From a virus (taxonomy: Duplodnaviria > Caudoviricetes): a stretch of 48,049 nt of DNA. The first letter of the stretch is position 1, and each line of letters starts with the position of its first letter. Below the pieces are notes generated by a model. It was not told where the DNA came from. It saw nothing but the letters and a program-made list of their open reading frames with translations, and did not search any database. The position numbers and the translations under genes are program-made. The DNA is taken from positions 1 through 48,049 of IMG/VR virus record IMGVR_UViG_3300037484_000103. One strand, given 5' to 3'. Below, in pieces: positions 1 through 8,023 of this stretch.

Positions 1-228
1 ATTGTTCTGTCAGATAGCGCCGGGTTACGCTTCCGATTGATTTCAGGATAGACGATTCATCAAGTACCACGGCTCCGAATTGTGAGAAGTCAAGGGCCTC
101 TATCATTTCGTAATTGCACGTATAGATTTGGCAATCCTCTTTTATTTCAGACATGCTCCGAATGTAGCGGATTTCAATTCCTATTTTCTTACCTTCTCTA
201 ATTGTTTGCCGAGTAACAGATAGCGGGG
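1..228. repeat. Terminal direct repeat / circular overlap (copy 1)
   Basis: Matches 47822..48049 with 6 mismatches (positions 11, 26, 65, 68, 97, 101); 102..228 (127 bp) is identical. Confidence 0.95.
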
Positions 229-550
229 CTATTACAATGGCTCGCTCTTCAAGAAGTCGAGCCCATTCCAACTGAATAAATGTTTTCCCTAGGCCGGTAT
301 CCAGGAATATGGCGGCCCGTCCCTTGTGACAAGCCCATTTAACAATATCTCGCTGAAATGGATATAGCTTAGGGTTGATTGCGAAATCAGTAATCTCAAT
401 CCCGGTAAAATCCTGCCGAATCTTTTTAGAGGAAAGGAATTGCTGATAGTCTATTAAAGACTCGGGCCGAGTCCCGTGCCCCGGCGAAGGGGATGTGCCA
501 GCGTAGGCGCACACGGAATCTCGGCCCGAATCATCTACGCTGTTTTTCAA
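1..550 (-). CDS. N-terminal part of SF2/SNF2-like helicase-DNA methyltransferase fusion (continues across the circular junction to 46008)
   Basis: GGAGGT RBS then TTG at 550; reads MKNSVDD...LYPFQRDIV...IFLDTGLGKT (Q motif, Walker A) and joins in frame with MSEIKEDC of ORF 46008..47975. Confidence 0.85.
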   Translation of the reverse strand, partial: MKNSVDDSGRDSVCAYAGTSPSPGHGTRPESLIDYQQFLSSKKIRQDFTGIEITDFAINPKLYPFQRDIVKWACHKGRAAIFLDTGLGKTFIQLEWARLLEERAIVIAPLSVTRQTIREGKKIGIEIRYIRSMSEIKEDCQIYTCNYEMIEALDFSQFGAVVLDESSILKSIGSVTRRYLTEQ

Positions 551-573
551 TCCTACCTCCTCGGGGTTCGCCG
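459..573 (-). ncRNA. C4/CI-like antisense RNA element B with its upstream targets
   Basis: 13-bp basal stem (459..471 / 520..532) and two hairpin loops, CTACGCTG (499..506) and TTCGCCG (482..488), which are exact complements of upstream CAGCGTAG (535..542) and CGGCGAA (567..573). Confidence 0.65.
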
Positions 574-587
574 CACCCGACCCCTGT

Positions 588-616
588 ACATTACTACGGA
601 AGCCGGTTCGTGTCAA
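588..616 (-). promoter_or_regulatory. Sigma70-type promoter for the helicase/replication operon
   Basis: TTGACA (616..611) - 17 nt - TAATGT (593..588). Confidence 0.75.
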
Positions 617-834
617 CCCCATATCCTCACCCCTGCATCCTCCAGCAGCTCCCGCAGTTTGTCCCGTGCTTCCTGGAGCGCCGCCGCCCTGGCCTCCGGT
701 GGGTCGGCGTACTTCAGCTCGCAACGTAGCCAGGTGTCCAGCTCCGAGAGGACCCCCCGCACGGCCTGCGCCTGGAGGGCGGCGGTCAGCTCCTCCTGCT
801 CCTCGGGGAGCGTGAAGCGTAGGGTGGCGGTCAC
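613..834 (-). CDS. Conserved hypothetical phage protein
   Basis: GTG start overlapping the upstream stop; MTATLRFTLPEEQEE...LRCELKY pattern common in phage early genes. Confidence 0.65.
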   Translation of the reverse strand: MTATLRFTLPEEQEELTAALQAQAVRGVLSELDTWLRCELKYADPPEARAAALQEARDKLRELLEDAGVRIWG

Positions 835-922
835 CGTCGCCTCCCCGATACCCCGTAGACCAGCAGGGCCAGCAGCAGGTAGGAGGCGAGGAGGTGGCCC
901 AGCGAGACGGTCAGCAGGCGGG

Positions 923-1078
923 TCACGGGCGACCCCGGGATTTGAGCAACCAGCACAGACGGGCAAACCACAGAAACCGTGAACCCGCTATCCCGCGAGA
1001 ACAACCGCAATAGACTAGCCACTCTCCCAGCCCATTTTGGGTTTCATTTAGGAATCCACACCGCTTGCAAGGCTTCAT
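923..1078 (-). CDS. Small Cys-rich (Zn-finger/Lar-like) protein
   Basis: Read by eye: MKPCKRCG...LVYCGC; GGAGG RBS; coupled junctions. Confidence 0.5.
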   Translation of the reverse strand: MKPCKRCGFLNETQNGLGEWLVYCGCSRGIAGSRFLWFARLCWLLKSRGRP

Positions 1079-1127
1079 CACACGCCTCCCTTTCTCCTTG
1101 CGCCCAGCCGCAGCACCACGAGGCGGG

Positions 1128-1637
1128 TCACCCCCGGCCCCCCGCCGGCATCAGGGGCGCTCCGGGGGCTGGGGCATCGCGTTGGGCGTGTCGTTTCAAT
1201 TCTGCGATTCGCCACATCAGCACGTATTTGAAAACGGACTGCGGAATCCCATGCCACCAGCGGCTCGGCGCTCTTTTCTGGTAGCGAATCCCTTCTCCGG
1301 TTTTCGTCGTCCAGATCAGACCGGCTTCCGCCGGCACGTCCTTCGCCTCGATCAAACCCCAGGGAGTCACGAAATAAAACAGATTGCAGTATTCTAAATA
1401 ATTCATCCACTTCCTGTCGCGCAGGAAATCGGACCTGCTGATTTTCACCTCATAGCCAATGACAGGCTTGACCCAGGAAAAGGGCATGACCCATGCATCG
1501 AGAATCGCCCCGCCATCCCATGGCCCGGTCTTGCAATGAGGCACGAAGATGTCAGCGGTGTGTCTCTTGGCGAGGATAGCGATGATTGATTTCTCGGTCG
1601 GCGCAGTTTCCGGCTCAAGCACAAGTATGTCACTCAC
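1128..1637 (-). CDS. MmcB-like PD-(D/E)xK nuclease
   Basis: D...YEVKISRSDFLRD.KW..YL.YCN.FYFVTP motif. Confidence 0.75.
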   Translation of the reverse strand: MSDILVLEPETAPTEKSIIAILAKRHTADIFVPHCKTGPWDGGAILDAWVMPFSWVKPVIGYEVKISRSDFLRDRKWMNYLEYCNLFYFVTPWGLIEAKDVPAEAGLIWTTKTGEGIRYQKRAPSRWWHGIPQSVFKYVLMWRIAELKRHAQRDAPAPGAPLMPAGGRG

Positions 1638-2056
1638 TCCCGCGCTCCCTTCTCCGCTCCAGGGGCTGCGAGGGGCACCAGCTCCATCGGCTTGCCGCAC
1701 TTCTTGCAGGGCTTCCCGTCAAGCAGCGCCTTGTCGAGCGCAAAATCAAACTGATGCGTCCAGACGGCATCGCAGAGGCTAAGGTAATCGCCGTCCGTGC
1801 GCTGGAACCATTTGCAGGTCACTCCCGCGCTCCCTTCTCCCGCCTTCGGGGCGGGCTTCCCCCTTGCGGCGGGGGGCTCCTTGGGCTGTAGTCCGCTCCA
1901 CCAAGTGTAAGCCTGCCTTGTCTGTCTCGACGGCTCTTTGCCCTGTTCGAGTAATATGGCCGCAGCCTCTAAGCGTTTGTAGGTCGCCCTCGCGGCGTCC
2001 AGTTCTTTGAGCGCCACGGCCAAGCGCATCTCAACCCACTGTTTGAGTGTTAGCAC
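1634..2056 (-). CDS. Hypothetical protein with C-terminal Cys cluster (possibly a fusion of two small genes)
   Basis: Coupled ORF; PCKKCG; internal copy of the 22-bp junction repeat. Confidence 0.55.
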   Translation of the reverse strand: MLTLKQWVEMRLAVALKELDAARATYKRLEAAAILLEQGKEPSRQTRQAYTWWSGLQPKEPPAARGKPAPKAGEGSAGVTCKWFQRTDGDYLSLCDAVWTHQFDFALDKALLDGKPCKKCGKPMELVPLAAPGAEKGARE

Positions 2057-2526
2057 GGCTTCGCCTCCTGCGGCTTCTCGGGGTAGCGGCGTAGGGCTTC
2101 GGCCTCGGCCCATTCCATGAAATTATTGAGTGCGCGCGGATAATCACCTGCTGCCCACATGCGCCACATGCCCGCCACGAACGCCTCCCGCTGGAGCCGC
2201 GCCACCTCCACCCCGCTGCTGCGCTCCCCACGGAGGTAAGTGGCGGCGCGGGCGAGCATGTCGCAGAGCTTGCACCCCTTGGCCTTCTCTGACCCGTGCA
2301 GTTTCAGCAAATAGTCGGCCAGCTCCCGCACCAGGTCCACGGCGGCGGCACGGTCGGCGTCGGGGGCGGCGCGGCGGTGCTCTGCTTCTTCTATCTGTGC
2401 AAGACACCACGCATCGCTATTCCCTGGACAAATGACAATGTCCTCGCAGAATCCATTGTGCTTGTAGATGCACTCGAACTCCCGCCAAGTGGTAAAGGGA
2501 CATTTCAACGGCATATCATTTCCCAT
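2050..2526 (-). CDS. Hypothetical Cys-containing protein
   Basis: GGAG RBS and overlaps with neighbours. Confidence 0.55.
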   Translation of the reverse strand: MGNDMPLKCPFTTWREFECIYKHNGFCEDIVICPGNSDAWCLAQIEEAEHRRAAPDADRAAAVDLVRELADYLLKLHGSEKAKGCKLCDMLARAATYLRGERSSGVEVARLQREAFVAGMWRMWAAGDYPRALNNFMEWAEAEALRRYPEKPQEAKPC

Positions 2527-3025
2527 CGGTATCTCCTTCCTCCTCCCCTCCGCGCTCCTGCGGGGCCACCGTGTTGCCTATTTGCGATTCCAGGTCCAGC
2601 AACCGCGCCTCAAGTGTATTGGCCCGCGCTTCCGCCAGCTCTCTGGTCGCTTTCTCCTCCAGCCACCATGCCTGATGGTCCATATCAGCGGCTTCCGCCG
2701 CTTGCGCCCGGGCCTCGGCAGCTACGGCCTTTGCCGTTTCTCCGTCGCACGCTTTCACGGCTGCGAGAAGTTGCCGCTCGTAAGCGTTGCGCTCCTCCTC
2801 GGCGGCTACGCAGCGGTCCTCCAGCCGGTGGGCGGCGTCCAGGAGCTGGGCGGCCCGGGCCTCGGCGTCACGCACGGCCCGTTGTAATGTTCGAATGGTA
2901 TCCTCTTGAATAACGCATATTTGTTCCGCCGCCTCGAAGTCCCGGAGAAGCGCGTCCAAAAAGGAAAGATCATCTTGATCTGAGTAGACGGCGTAGATGC
3001 GCTTGCGCCACTCGGCAGCCTTCAT
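2516..3025 (-). CDS. Hypothetical coiled-coil protein
   Basis: Ala/Glu/Arg-rich heptads; ATGA overlap. Confidence 0.6.
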   Translation of the reverse strand: MKAAEWRKRIYAVYSDQDDLSFLDALLRDFEAAEQICVIQEDTIRTLQRAVRDAEARAAQLLDAAHRLEDRCVAAEEERNAYERQLLAAVKACDGETAKAVAAEARAQAAEAADMDHQAWWLEEKATRELAEARANTLEARLLDLESQIGNTVAPQERGGEEEGDTDGK

Positions 3026-3597
3026 CGGGATGCCTCCAGGGCGGCGAGGGCCATTTTCAACTTAGTTGCTACCGCCCGCAAAAACAGCGCGAGGGCTTCC
3101 CGGCTAATTTTCCCGTTGTCTTTACCCTGCTCTAAATGCCATGCAATAGCATCAAGATTCCCAGCTTCCAACGCGAGACTGCCATCTCCGTTGAGGATAT
3201 CCCTCAGCCCCGCCATCTTGTCGGCCCCGGCCCCTCTGGCTATGGCGGCGTCAAACGCATCAAGCTTGCAGGTGTCCTCTCCGCAATTGTGAACGCTGTG
3301 TTTTTCGCATCGTTTCCACCATACATCTCGCAACCCCGCCAGCTTGTCGGGCTCGGGGGGCGCGGAGGATAGGGTGTCAAAATGTTTCACCAACAGTTTT
3401 TCTAAATCCCACGGCAAGGTCCAGAATCCAGGGAGTGAGCGCAGTTCGGAGAGAACCAGTGCTTGCGCTTCCCTCACCCCCTGCGCCCGGCTCTCCGCCA
3501 GCGCGGCGGCCACCTCTTCGGCGTCATAGTAGGCCGCCGGCAGGAGCGTCTGTATCGCCGCCATGTGCTGTATCTGCGCTAACGTGTATCGGGTCAT
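3022..3597 (-). CDS. Hypothetical mosaic protein
   Basis: ATGA overlap; internal DKLAGLRD/DKMAGLRD duplication. Confidence 0.55.
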   Translation of the reverse strand: MTRYTLAQIQHMAAIQTLLPAAYYDAEEVAAALAESRAQGVREAQALVLSELRSLPGFWTLPWDLEKLLVKHFDTLSSAPPEPDKLAGLRDVWWKRCEKHSVHNCGEDTCKLDAFDAAIARGAGADKMAGLRDILNGDGSLALEAGNLDAIAWHLEQGKDNGKISREALALFLRAVATKLKMALAALEASR

Positions 3598-3788
3598 GCC
3601 TCGCCCCCCGGTCCCTCGGGCATGGGCCGCCACCAAGTTACGTTGCCGATCCCCGCACGCCCCAATCGCCGGATGTACCACACCCCGCCCTCGTAGGTGG
3701 ATACCTCGATACGCCCCTCGAAGTACACCAGCACCGGCTTGTCGTCAGGCGGCAACTCAACCGGAGCAATGCGACGCCATTCGCTCAT
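3594..3788 (-). CDS. DUF551-like small phage protein
   Basis: MSEW....ELP....VLV...VT.W.P.PE.P pattern. Confidence 0.7.
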   Translation of the reverse strand: MSEWRRIAPVELPPDDKPVLVYFEGRIEVSTYEGGVWYIRRLGRAGIGNVTWWRPMPEGPGGEA

Positions 3789-4003
3789 GACTTGCCTCCA
3801 GCCCGAATCTCGCAGCGCAGAATATCGGCTTTCTCTAATACGTCCTGCTCGGGACGCGGCCATTCATGCGTGTTGATGGTTGCCCACCGAAGAGCCGTTT
3901 CTACGGCATAAGCTATGCGACACACAATCTGGTCCGGGCTTGAATCAATCAACGCCCGAAGCGCCATGATTGATTTCTGTATGCTTTCCTGTGATTGCTT
4001 CAT
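3785..4003 (-). CDS. Hypothetical protein
   Basis: GGAGG RBS; coupled overlaps. Confidence 0.55.
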   Translation of the reverse strand: MKQSQESIQKSIMALRALIDSSPDQIVCRIAYAVETALRWATINTHEWPRPEQDVLEKADILRCEIRAGGKS

Positions 4004-4299
4004 CCTCTTCCTCCTTTTTGCTCAACCAACCGCAGGCGCTCCCCGCCTGTCTCCGAGAACTGCGATACGATGACCTCCAGCCGCTTGCTGATGCGCTTCT
4101 CTGCGGCCAACCGCTCCTCGCATTGAACCAAGGCAAACTGCGCTTGCTGCGTCTCGGCCTTCCATACATCGGCCCGGAGATTGAGGCCCCGGCGCTTACC
4201 GATTTGGTAGGCCACGACGCAGAACAGCGCCAGCTCTGCCTGTAGCGCGAGGAAGGCCCACGGCAGGGCCCGCAGGACGCCCCCGATGGCGTGGGTCAT
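4000..4299 (-). CDS. Hypothetical membrane-anchored protein
   Basis: N-terminal hydrophobic helix then coiled coil. Confidence 0.55.
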   Translation of the reverse strand: MTHAIGGVLRALPWAFLALQAELALFCVVAYQIGKRRGLNLRADVWKAETQQAQFALVQCEERLAAEKRISKRLEVIVSQFSETGGERLRLVEQKGGRG

Positions 4300-4532
4300 G
4301 GGCGGTACGCCCCGTCGCCGCTGTTCAGGGCCTCGTCAAGAACAGCACGCATCTCATCGTCTTGGCAGGCCCATGAGATTGTGCCATAGACCGTGTCCAT
4401 TTCGTGCGAAGAAAGGTGACGGCGAATCACTTCCCTTAGCCGTTCCACCTCTGCCAGCAGCCAAGTTTTGTCAGCGTCCCCGCCCCCGGCCTCCGCGTGC
4501 CGGGAACGGATTAAAGCAAGACGGTCAGCCAT
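4296..4532 (-). CDS. Hypothetical phage protein
   Basis: GGAGG RBS; WLLAEVERLR and ALNSGDGAYRP motifs. Confidence 0.65.
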   Translation of the reverse strand: MADRLALIRSRHAEAGGGDADKTWLLAEVERLREVIRRHLSSHEMDTVYGTISWACQDDEMRAVLDEALNSGDGAYRP

Positions 4533-4688
4533 GGAGGCCTCCTATCGTTATGAATAACGGGAAGCAGGGCACTCGGCCCCGCCCCCCGCCTACCTCGACC
4601 CCCGGCAAGCGCACTCCGCTGCCGTCAATGATCGGCTCGTTCCCCGGTCGGCGAACCTGTCCCGGGGCATCATTGGGCTTCCGCCCGT

Positions 4689-4785
4689 TGGGGGCACCGG
4701 GACTCGAACCCGGATGCGCAGTAAGCTTGCCTGGCAGGGGTGTGCACACTTCCAGCCCCCATGTCTCCCTTTCCATCATGCCCCC
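4689..4785 (-). ncRNA. Class II (Leu/Ser-like) tRNA-like RNA with an expanded anticodon loop
   Basis: Acceptor GGGGGCA/TGCCCCC-A; D arm ATG-GAAAGGGAGA-CAT; T arm CCGGG-TTCGAGT-CCCGG; long variable region; 15-nt anticodon loop. Confidence 0.6.
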
Positions 4786-4952
4786 GTGAGTGCCGGGGCA
4801 GACCACCCGCCCCGGCGATTGTGGAATAGCTGTGGACTTCTCGACCCCGTCCTTGATGGCGGCGCCGTTTCCGTGTATTGAAGCTTCTGTCGGACCTCCC
4901 CTATAACAGCCCGCCCGCGGCCCTGCCAACGGCCGTACCCGCAGGTCGGTAC

Positions 4953-5024
4953 AGGCGGCGGCCGGCATCGAACCAGCGTCCCCGGTGTACAAAACCGGTA
5001 TGCTGCCCACTACACCACACCGCC
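4953..5024 (-). tRNA. tRNA-Thr(UGU), no encoded CCA
   Basis: Acceptor GGCGGTG/CGCCGCC; anticodon arm CCGGT-TTTGTAC-ACCGG; T arm GCTGG-TTCGATG-CCGGC. Confidence 0.75.
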
Positions 5025-5033
5025 TGAAATTCT

Positions 5034-5318
5034 TCACTTACTGCCCCTCTCCGCCGGAATCGTATTTCTGGCGAAAGTACCGAACTGGTCATAGAGCCGG
5101 ATGTTTCGACCCCTGAAGGGATGGTCTTTCCATACGGTCCATTTGCGGCGCCAAGCAATCTGATAACCGCGCCATTCGAAATACCAATATCCTGGGGATT
5201 CGGATATTCGGAATTCTTCTTTCGAATTGAATGGATTGGTAGCTTTGCTTATGTGAAGCCGGCCAGTCCATAAATCCCACCAATCCCCATCGCGCTGAAA
5301 GTCAACGGGCCATCTCAT
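5034..5318 (-). CDS. Hypothetical Trp-rich protein
   Basis: RBS; ATGA overlap; lower GC. Confidence 0.55.
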   Translation of the reverse strand: MRWPVDFQRDGDWWDLWTGRLHISKATNPFNSKEEFRISESPGYWYFEWRGYQIAWRRKWTVWKDHPFRGRNIRLYDQFGTFARNTIPAERGSK

Positions 5319-5527
5319 GCTCCCTCCCTCACCTTGTGCTGCTCGCGGACACGGGGCAGCAACCCCAGCCTCTCGGCTACCTTGCAACCGCTAGCGATTT
5401 CCTCCGGCGTCAGAGCCCTCGGATACATGCATATATGGATCAGGTTGTCTCGGTCCAGCGGGAAGCGCCGGCGAAGGTCCTCGGCGGCGTAGCGGATCGG
5501 GGCACCACAAGCGCGGCAGCGGGTCAT
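5315..5527 (-). CDS. Small Zn-ribbon protein
   Basis: CRACGAPI...PLD...H.C. Confidence 0.6.
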   Translation of the reverse strand: MTRCRACGAPIRYAAEDLRRRFPLDRDNLIHICMYPRALTPEEIASGCKVAERLGLLPRVREQHKVREGA

Positions 5528-5706
5528 GGGCGAGCCTCAAGAGCCTTTTCCACAATACACTTGACATCATGAAATCTTCCCGCGTCGGTGGCATTTAGAC
5601 ATTTTTTTAGAGCTTCCCGCAATCTCTCTGCCTCGGTTTTTGTCTCTGTGTATGCTTTCATATATCCAGCTTCAAACATTTCTGAGTCTCTATCCGTCAT
5701 CATCAT
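5524..5706 (-). CDS. Hypothetical protein
   Basis: Coupled ORF ending in ERLREALK...ALE motif. Confidence 0.5.
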   Translation of the reverse strand: MMMTDRDSEMFEAGYMKAYTETKTEAERLREALKKCLNATDAGRFHDVKCIVEKALEARP

Positions 5707-5996
5707 TACCATCCCCCCTTTTCCACTACACCTTTTTCCGTTATCACATCCCCGCTTAAATTCCAGCAAGGCCAACAATATGAACCATAAGGAGGCCATA
5801 CAAACCAAGCAGAAAAACGATGCCTACATCGTGGACATTTCAGATTATTTTCGATTTCGATGTATTCCTTCCTCATTAGTTCCATTCGTTCTCTACGACG
5901 CAATTTATCTTTTTGGGCAAAATGCTGATATATGATGCCTAAACAAAACGCCAAAGTTAATCCAATAGTTATCGCCATGTACCAATCAATCTTCAT
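5706..5996 (-). CDS. Hypothetical membrane protein with CxxC motifs
   Basis: N-terminal TM helix; CPRC and CWPC. Confidence 0.55.
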   Translation of the reverse strand: MKIDWYMAITIGLTLAFCLGIIYQHFAQKDKLRRRERMELMRKEYIEIENNLKCPRCRHRFSAWFVWPPYGSYCWPCWNLSGDVITEKGVVEKGGW

Positions 5997-6270
5997 ATTG
6001 TACCGCCTCGTAAGTAGCCGCGAAAATGTCCGGCTTGCAGGGATACAATTCGTCTTTCACGCCTCGAATAATCCAGTCTCCAGGATTGGCTCTCATCGTT
6101 CCTTCGAGAGTAATGATTTCAATTCCTCCGTTCTGACAATATTCCCAGCGCCCGTCACCGGCCCGTAGCCATAAAGCTAAAGCGGCTAACTCGATCGGAA
6201 CTCCCTGTCCTGTCCATTCCGGGGGAACCTGCATCGCCTCAATCACCACCGGCTTCTTTCGATACTTCAT
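5986..6270 (-). CDS. Conserved phage protein (KYRKKPV / PGDYG-like family)
   Basis: MKYRKKPVVIEA...TLEG.M.A.PGDWIIRGV..E.YPCKPDIF..TYE. Confidence 0.8.
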   Translation of the reverse strand: MKYRKKPVVIEAMQVPPEWTGQGVPIELAALALWLRAGDGRWEYCQNGGIEIITLEGTMRANPGDWIIRGVKDELYPCKPDIFAATYEAVQYED

Positions 6271-6662
6271 GCGTTTATCTCCCGCAGCAACTCGGCTTTC
6301 ACCTGCGCCCGAAACTCGTTATCGGACAGGCCCGTGTCGGCGAGGTACTGCTTGTAGGTCAGCTTAGCGCGGTCCTCGATGTATCGCTGATACTCCCCCT
6401 CCGCCGCGTAGATGCCCATGCGGTTCGCCGTTTCGTGGCACTCCCCAGCATGGACCGGAACGCCGTTGCGCCAATCAAAGCGCAGAAGCCGATAGCGCCG
6501 GTGCGTGGCGTGGTGACATTCCAGCTTCCCGCCCCCGCCACAGATGGCGCACCTGTATCCGCCGTGCCGAAGAACCGCCCTCCGCCAGAGTGCCATGAGG
6601 CTCGAATCAGACATCCCGCGCTCAATCGCCTTCTTCAAGCGTAACTCCTTCCTCTGCCGCAC
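6267..6662 (-). CDS. HNH/NinG-like nuclease
   Basis: CAICG...LECHH...LRFD..N....H..CH. Confidence 0.7.
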   Translation of the reverse strand: MRQRKELRLKKAIERGMSDSSLMALWRRAVLRHGGYRCAICGGGGKLECHHATHRRYRLLRFDWRNGVPVHAGECHETANRMGIYAAEGEYQRYIEDRAKLTYKQYLADTGLSDNEFRAQVKAELLREINA

Positions 6663-6663
6663 T

Positions 6664-6963
6664 TTATGGAATGACCGACTTTATCAAATCGGCGTAAGTC
6701 GGATACTTGATGCACCAAGACTGATAGTCCACTCGCGGTGTACCTGACGGGAACTCCCATTCATCCCCTTCGCGTCGGATGTTGAGTTTCGTCATGCGGC
6801 CTTCTACATAGTCCAAGAAAAGACCTTTCTTCTCGCAAGTGAAATCCTTTGCCTCGAACACCTTGGGTGTATAGTGCAAGAAACCCAAGCCCATGGGTTC
6901 TGCGGCATTTACTGCGTTCGCCGCAATCTGCTTAATCTGTTCCTCGGTAGCCGTGATTTTCAT
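6664..6963 (-). CDS. Conserved hypothetical protein
   Basis: PMGLGFLH and LDYVEGRMTK motifs; GGAGG RBS. Confidence 0.65.
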   Translation of the reverse strand: MKITATEEQIKQIAANAVNAAEPMGLGFLHYTPKVFEAKDFTCEKKGLFLDYVEGRMTKLNIRREGDEWEFPSGTPRVDYQSWCIKYPTYADLIKSVIP

Positions 6964-7427
6964 TTTGCCTCCTTGTCGTTTTCCTCGATTAGCACTACTC
7001 CCAAATCAAAGGCTGTCCGGTGGCAAATCTCGATTGCTTCCGCGCAGACCTCCATGCTGATATCCGCCTCGCTGGCGTAGAACTTCCGTTGCTTGCCGCG
7101 AAACTCCCTGAACTCCACTGGCCATGACGGGGTGTCCTCCTTGATGGCCTGCATCATCTCGGACATGGTGTACCCGGTGTACTCGCAAAGTTGGCGCGCA
7201 TGACCTCGAATATGGTGGTTCTGGCTCTTCCACCCCGTGGACCGTGGCCGATGGCGCAGGTCCAAGCGCACCGCGAGATACGCCCCGCCTACCCCCTGTT
7301 CGGCCTTCTCCATCAGCACCCGGTGGGCGGCGGCCAGGGGGCCGGTTGGGTTCTTAAGGCAGGTGTAGCCCTTGCGCCAGTCGTTGACTCCGGTAGTGAC
7401 GAAGGCGGTTACGTAGGTAAGGCTCAT
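6960..7427 (-). CDS. NinB/DUF1367-like recombination accessory protein
   Basis: RS...SQN...G....E...K and S.A...E....IE.....A...GV pattern; next to exo/bet. Confidence 0.6.
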   Translation of the reverse strand: MSLTYVTAFVTTGVNDWRKGYTCLKNPTGPLAAAHRVLMEKAEQGVGGAYLAVRLDLRHRPRSTGWKSQNHHIRGHARQLCEYTGYTMSEMMQAIKEDTPSWPVEFREFRGKQRKFYASEADISMEVCAEAIEICHRTAFDLGVVLIEENDKEAK

Positions 7428-8023
7428 GCAACCCCCCCCTTCAGGTAGTCTGCCAGGATGATGCGCCATTCTTCCAGAAGAAACCCGGGATTCTCCAACA
7501 CGGTGAACCGTGGTTGCCCGTTGGCCCCGAGGTTTAACAAGGCTAGGTCATACTCGTAGGCCAGGGCGCCGGCCAGGGCCAGCGCGTAGGCGGCAAGCTG
7601 TAGCTTATATCGCTTTTCCTTTCCGTTGCCGGTCTTTATGTCGGTGAGGATCAGCCGCTCCCGCCCGGGGAGGCGGTATACCCGGTCGAGACGGCCACCG
7701 TAAGAAAAATCCGCCGCCACCACGATCTGTTCCGACAGTTCCACGATCGGTTTGCTCATTTCGATGAAAGCCCGATAGGCACGGCAATAGGGTTCCAGGC
7801 GGGAATCCAGGGCGGTCCAATCCAACGTACTATCGTCGATCAAGCAGCAGGCATCATGGATCATCTTCCCCCGGGTGAGGTAGAACGGGTCGATCTCTGG
7901 CATCGGGTGCACCGTATTGAGAATCTTGCCCACGCTCTTGAGGTAGCGGCCTTCATGGGTGTACCAGTGGCCGCCATCCTCAAAGGGCACCTCTACCAAC
8001 CCCGGGGGGAGAATGTAGGTCAT
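7424..8023 (-). CDS. PD-(D/E)xK exonuclease (RecE/Exo-like)
   Basis: H.Y...SV..IL; RG..IH; E; GGRLDR; DIKTG; QL.AY. Confidence 0.8.
   Translation of the reverse strand: MTYILPPGLVEVPFEDGGHWYTHEGRYLKSVGKILNTVHPMPEIDPFYLTRGKMIHDACCLIDDSTLDWTALDSRLEPYCRAYRAFIEMSKPIVELSEQIVVAADFSYGGRLDRVYRLPGRERLILTDIKTGNGKEKRYKLQLAAYALALAGALAYEYDLALLNLGANGQPRFTVLENPGFLLEEWRIILADYLKGGVA

Noticed and set aside
4689-4785. tmRNA or tRNA-Ala identity
   Set aside because: No G3-U70 pair, a full D arm is present and there is no tag reading frame
4525-5037. 170-aa ORF as a confident protein
   Set aside because: Overlaps two tRNA-like structures and has no recognisable motif; kept only as a caveat in the RNA island finding
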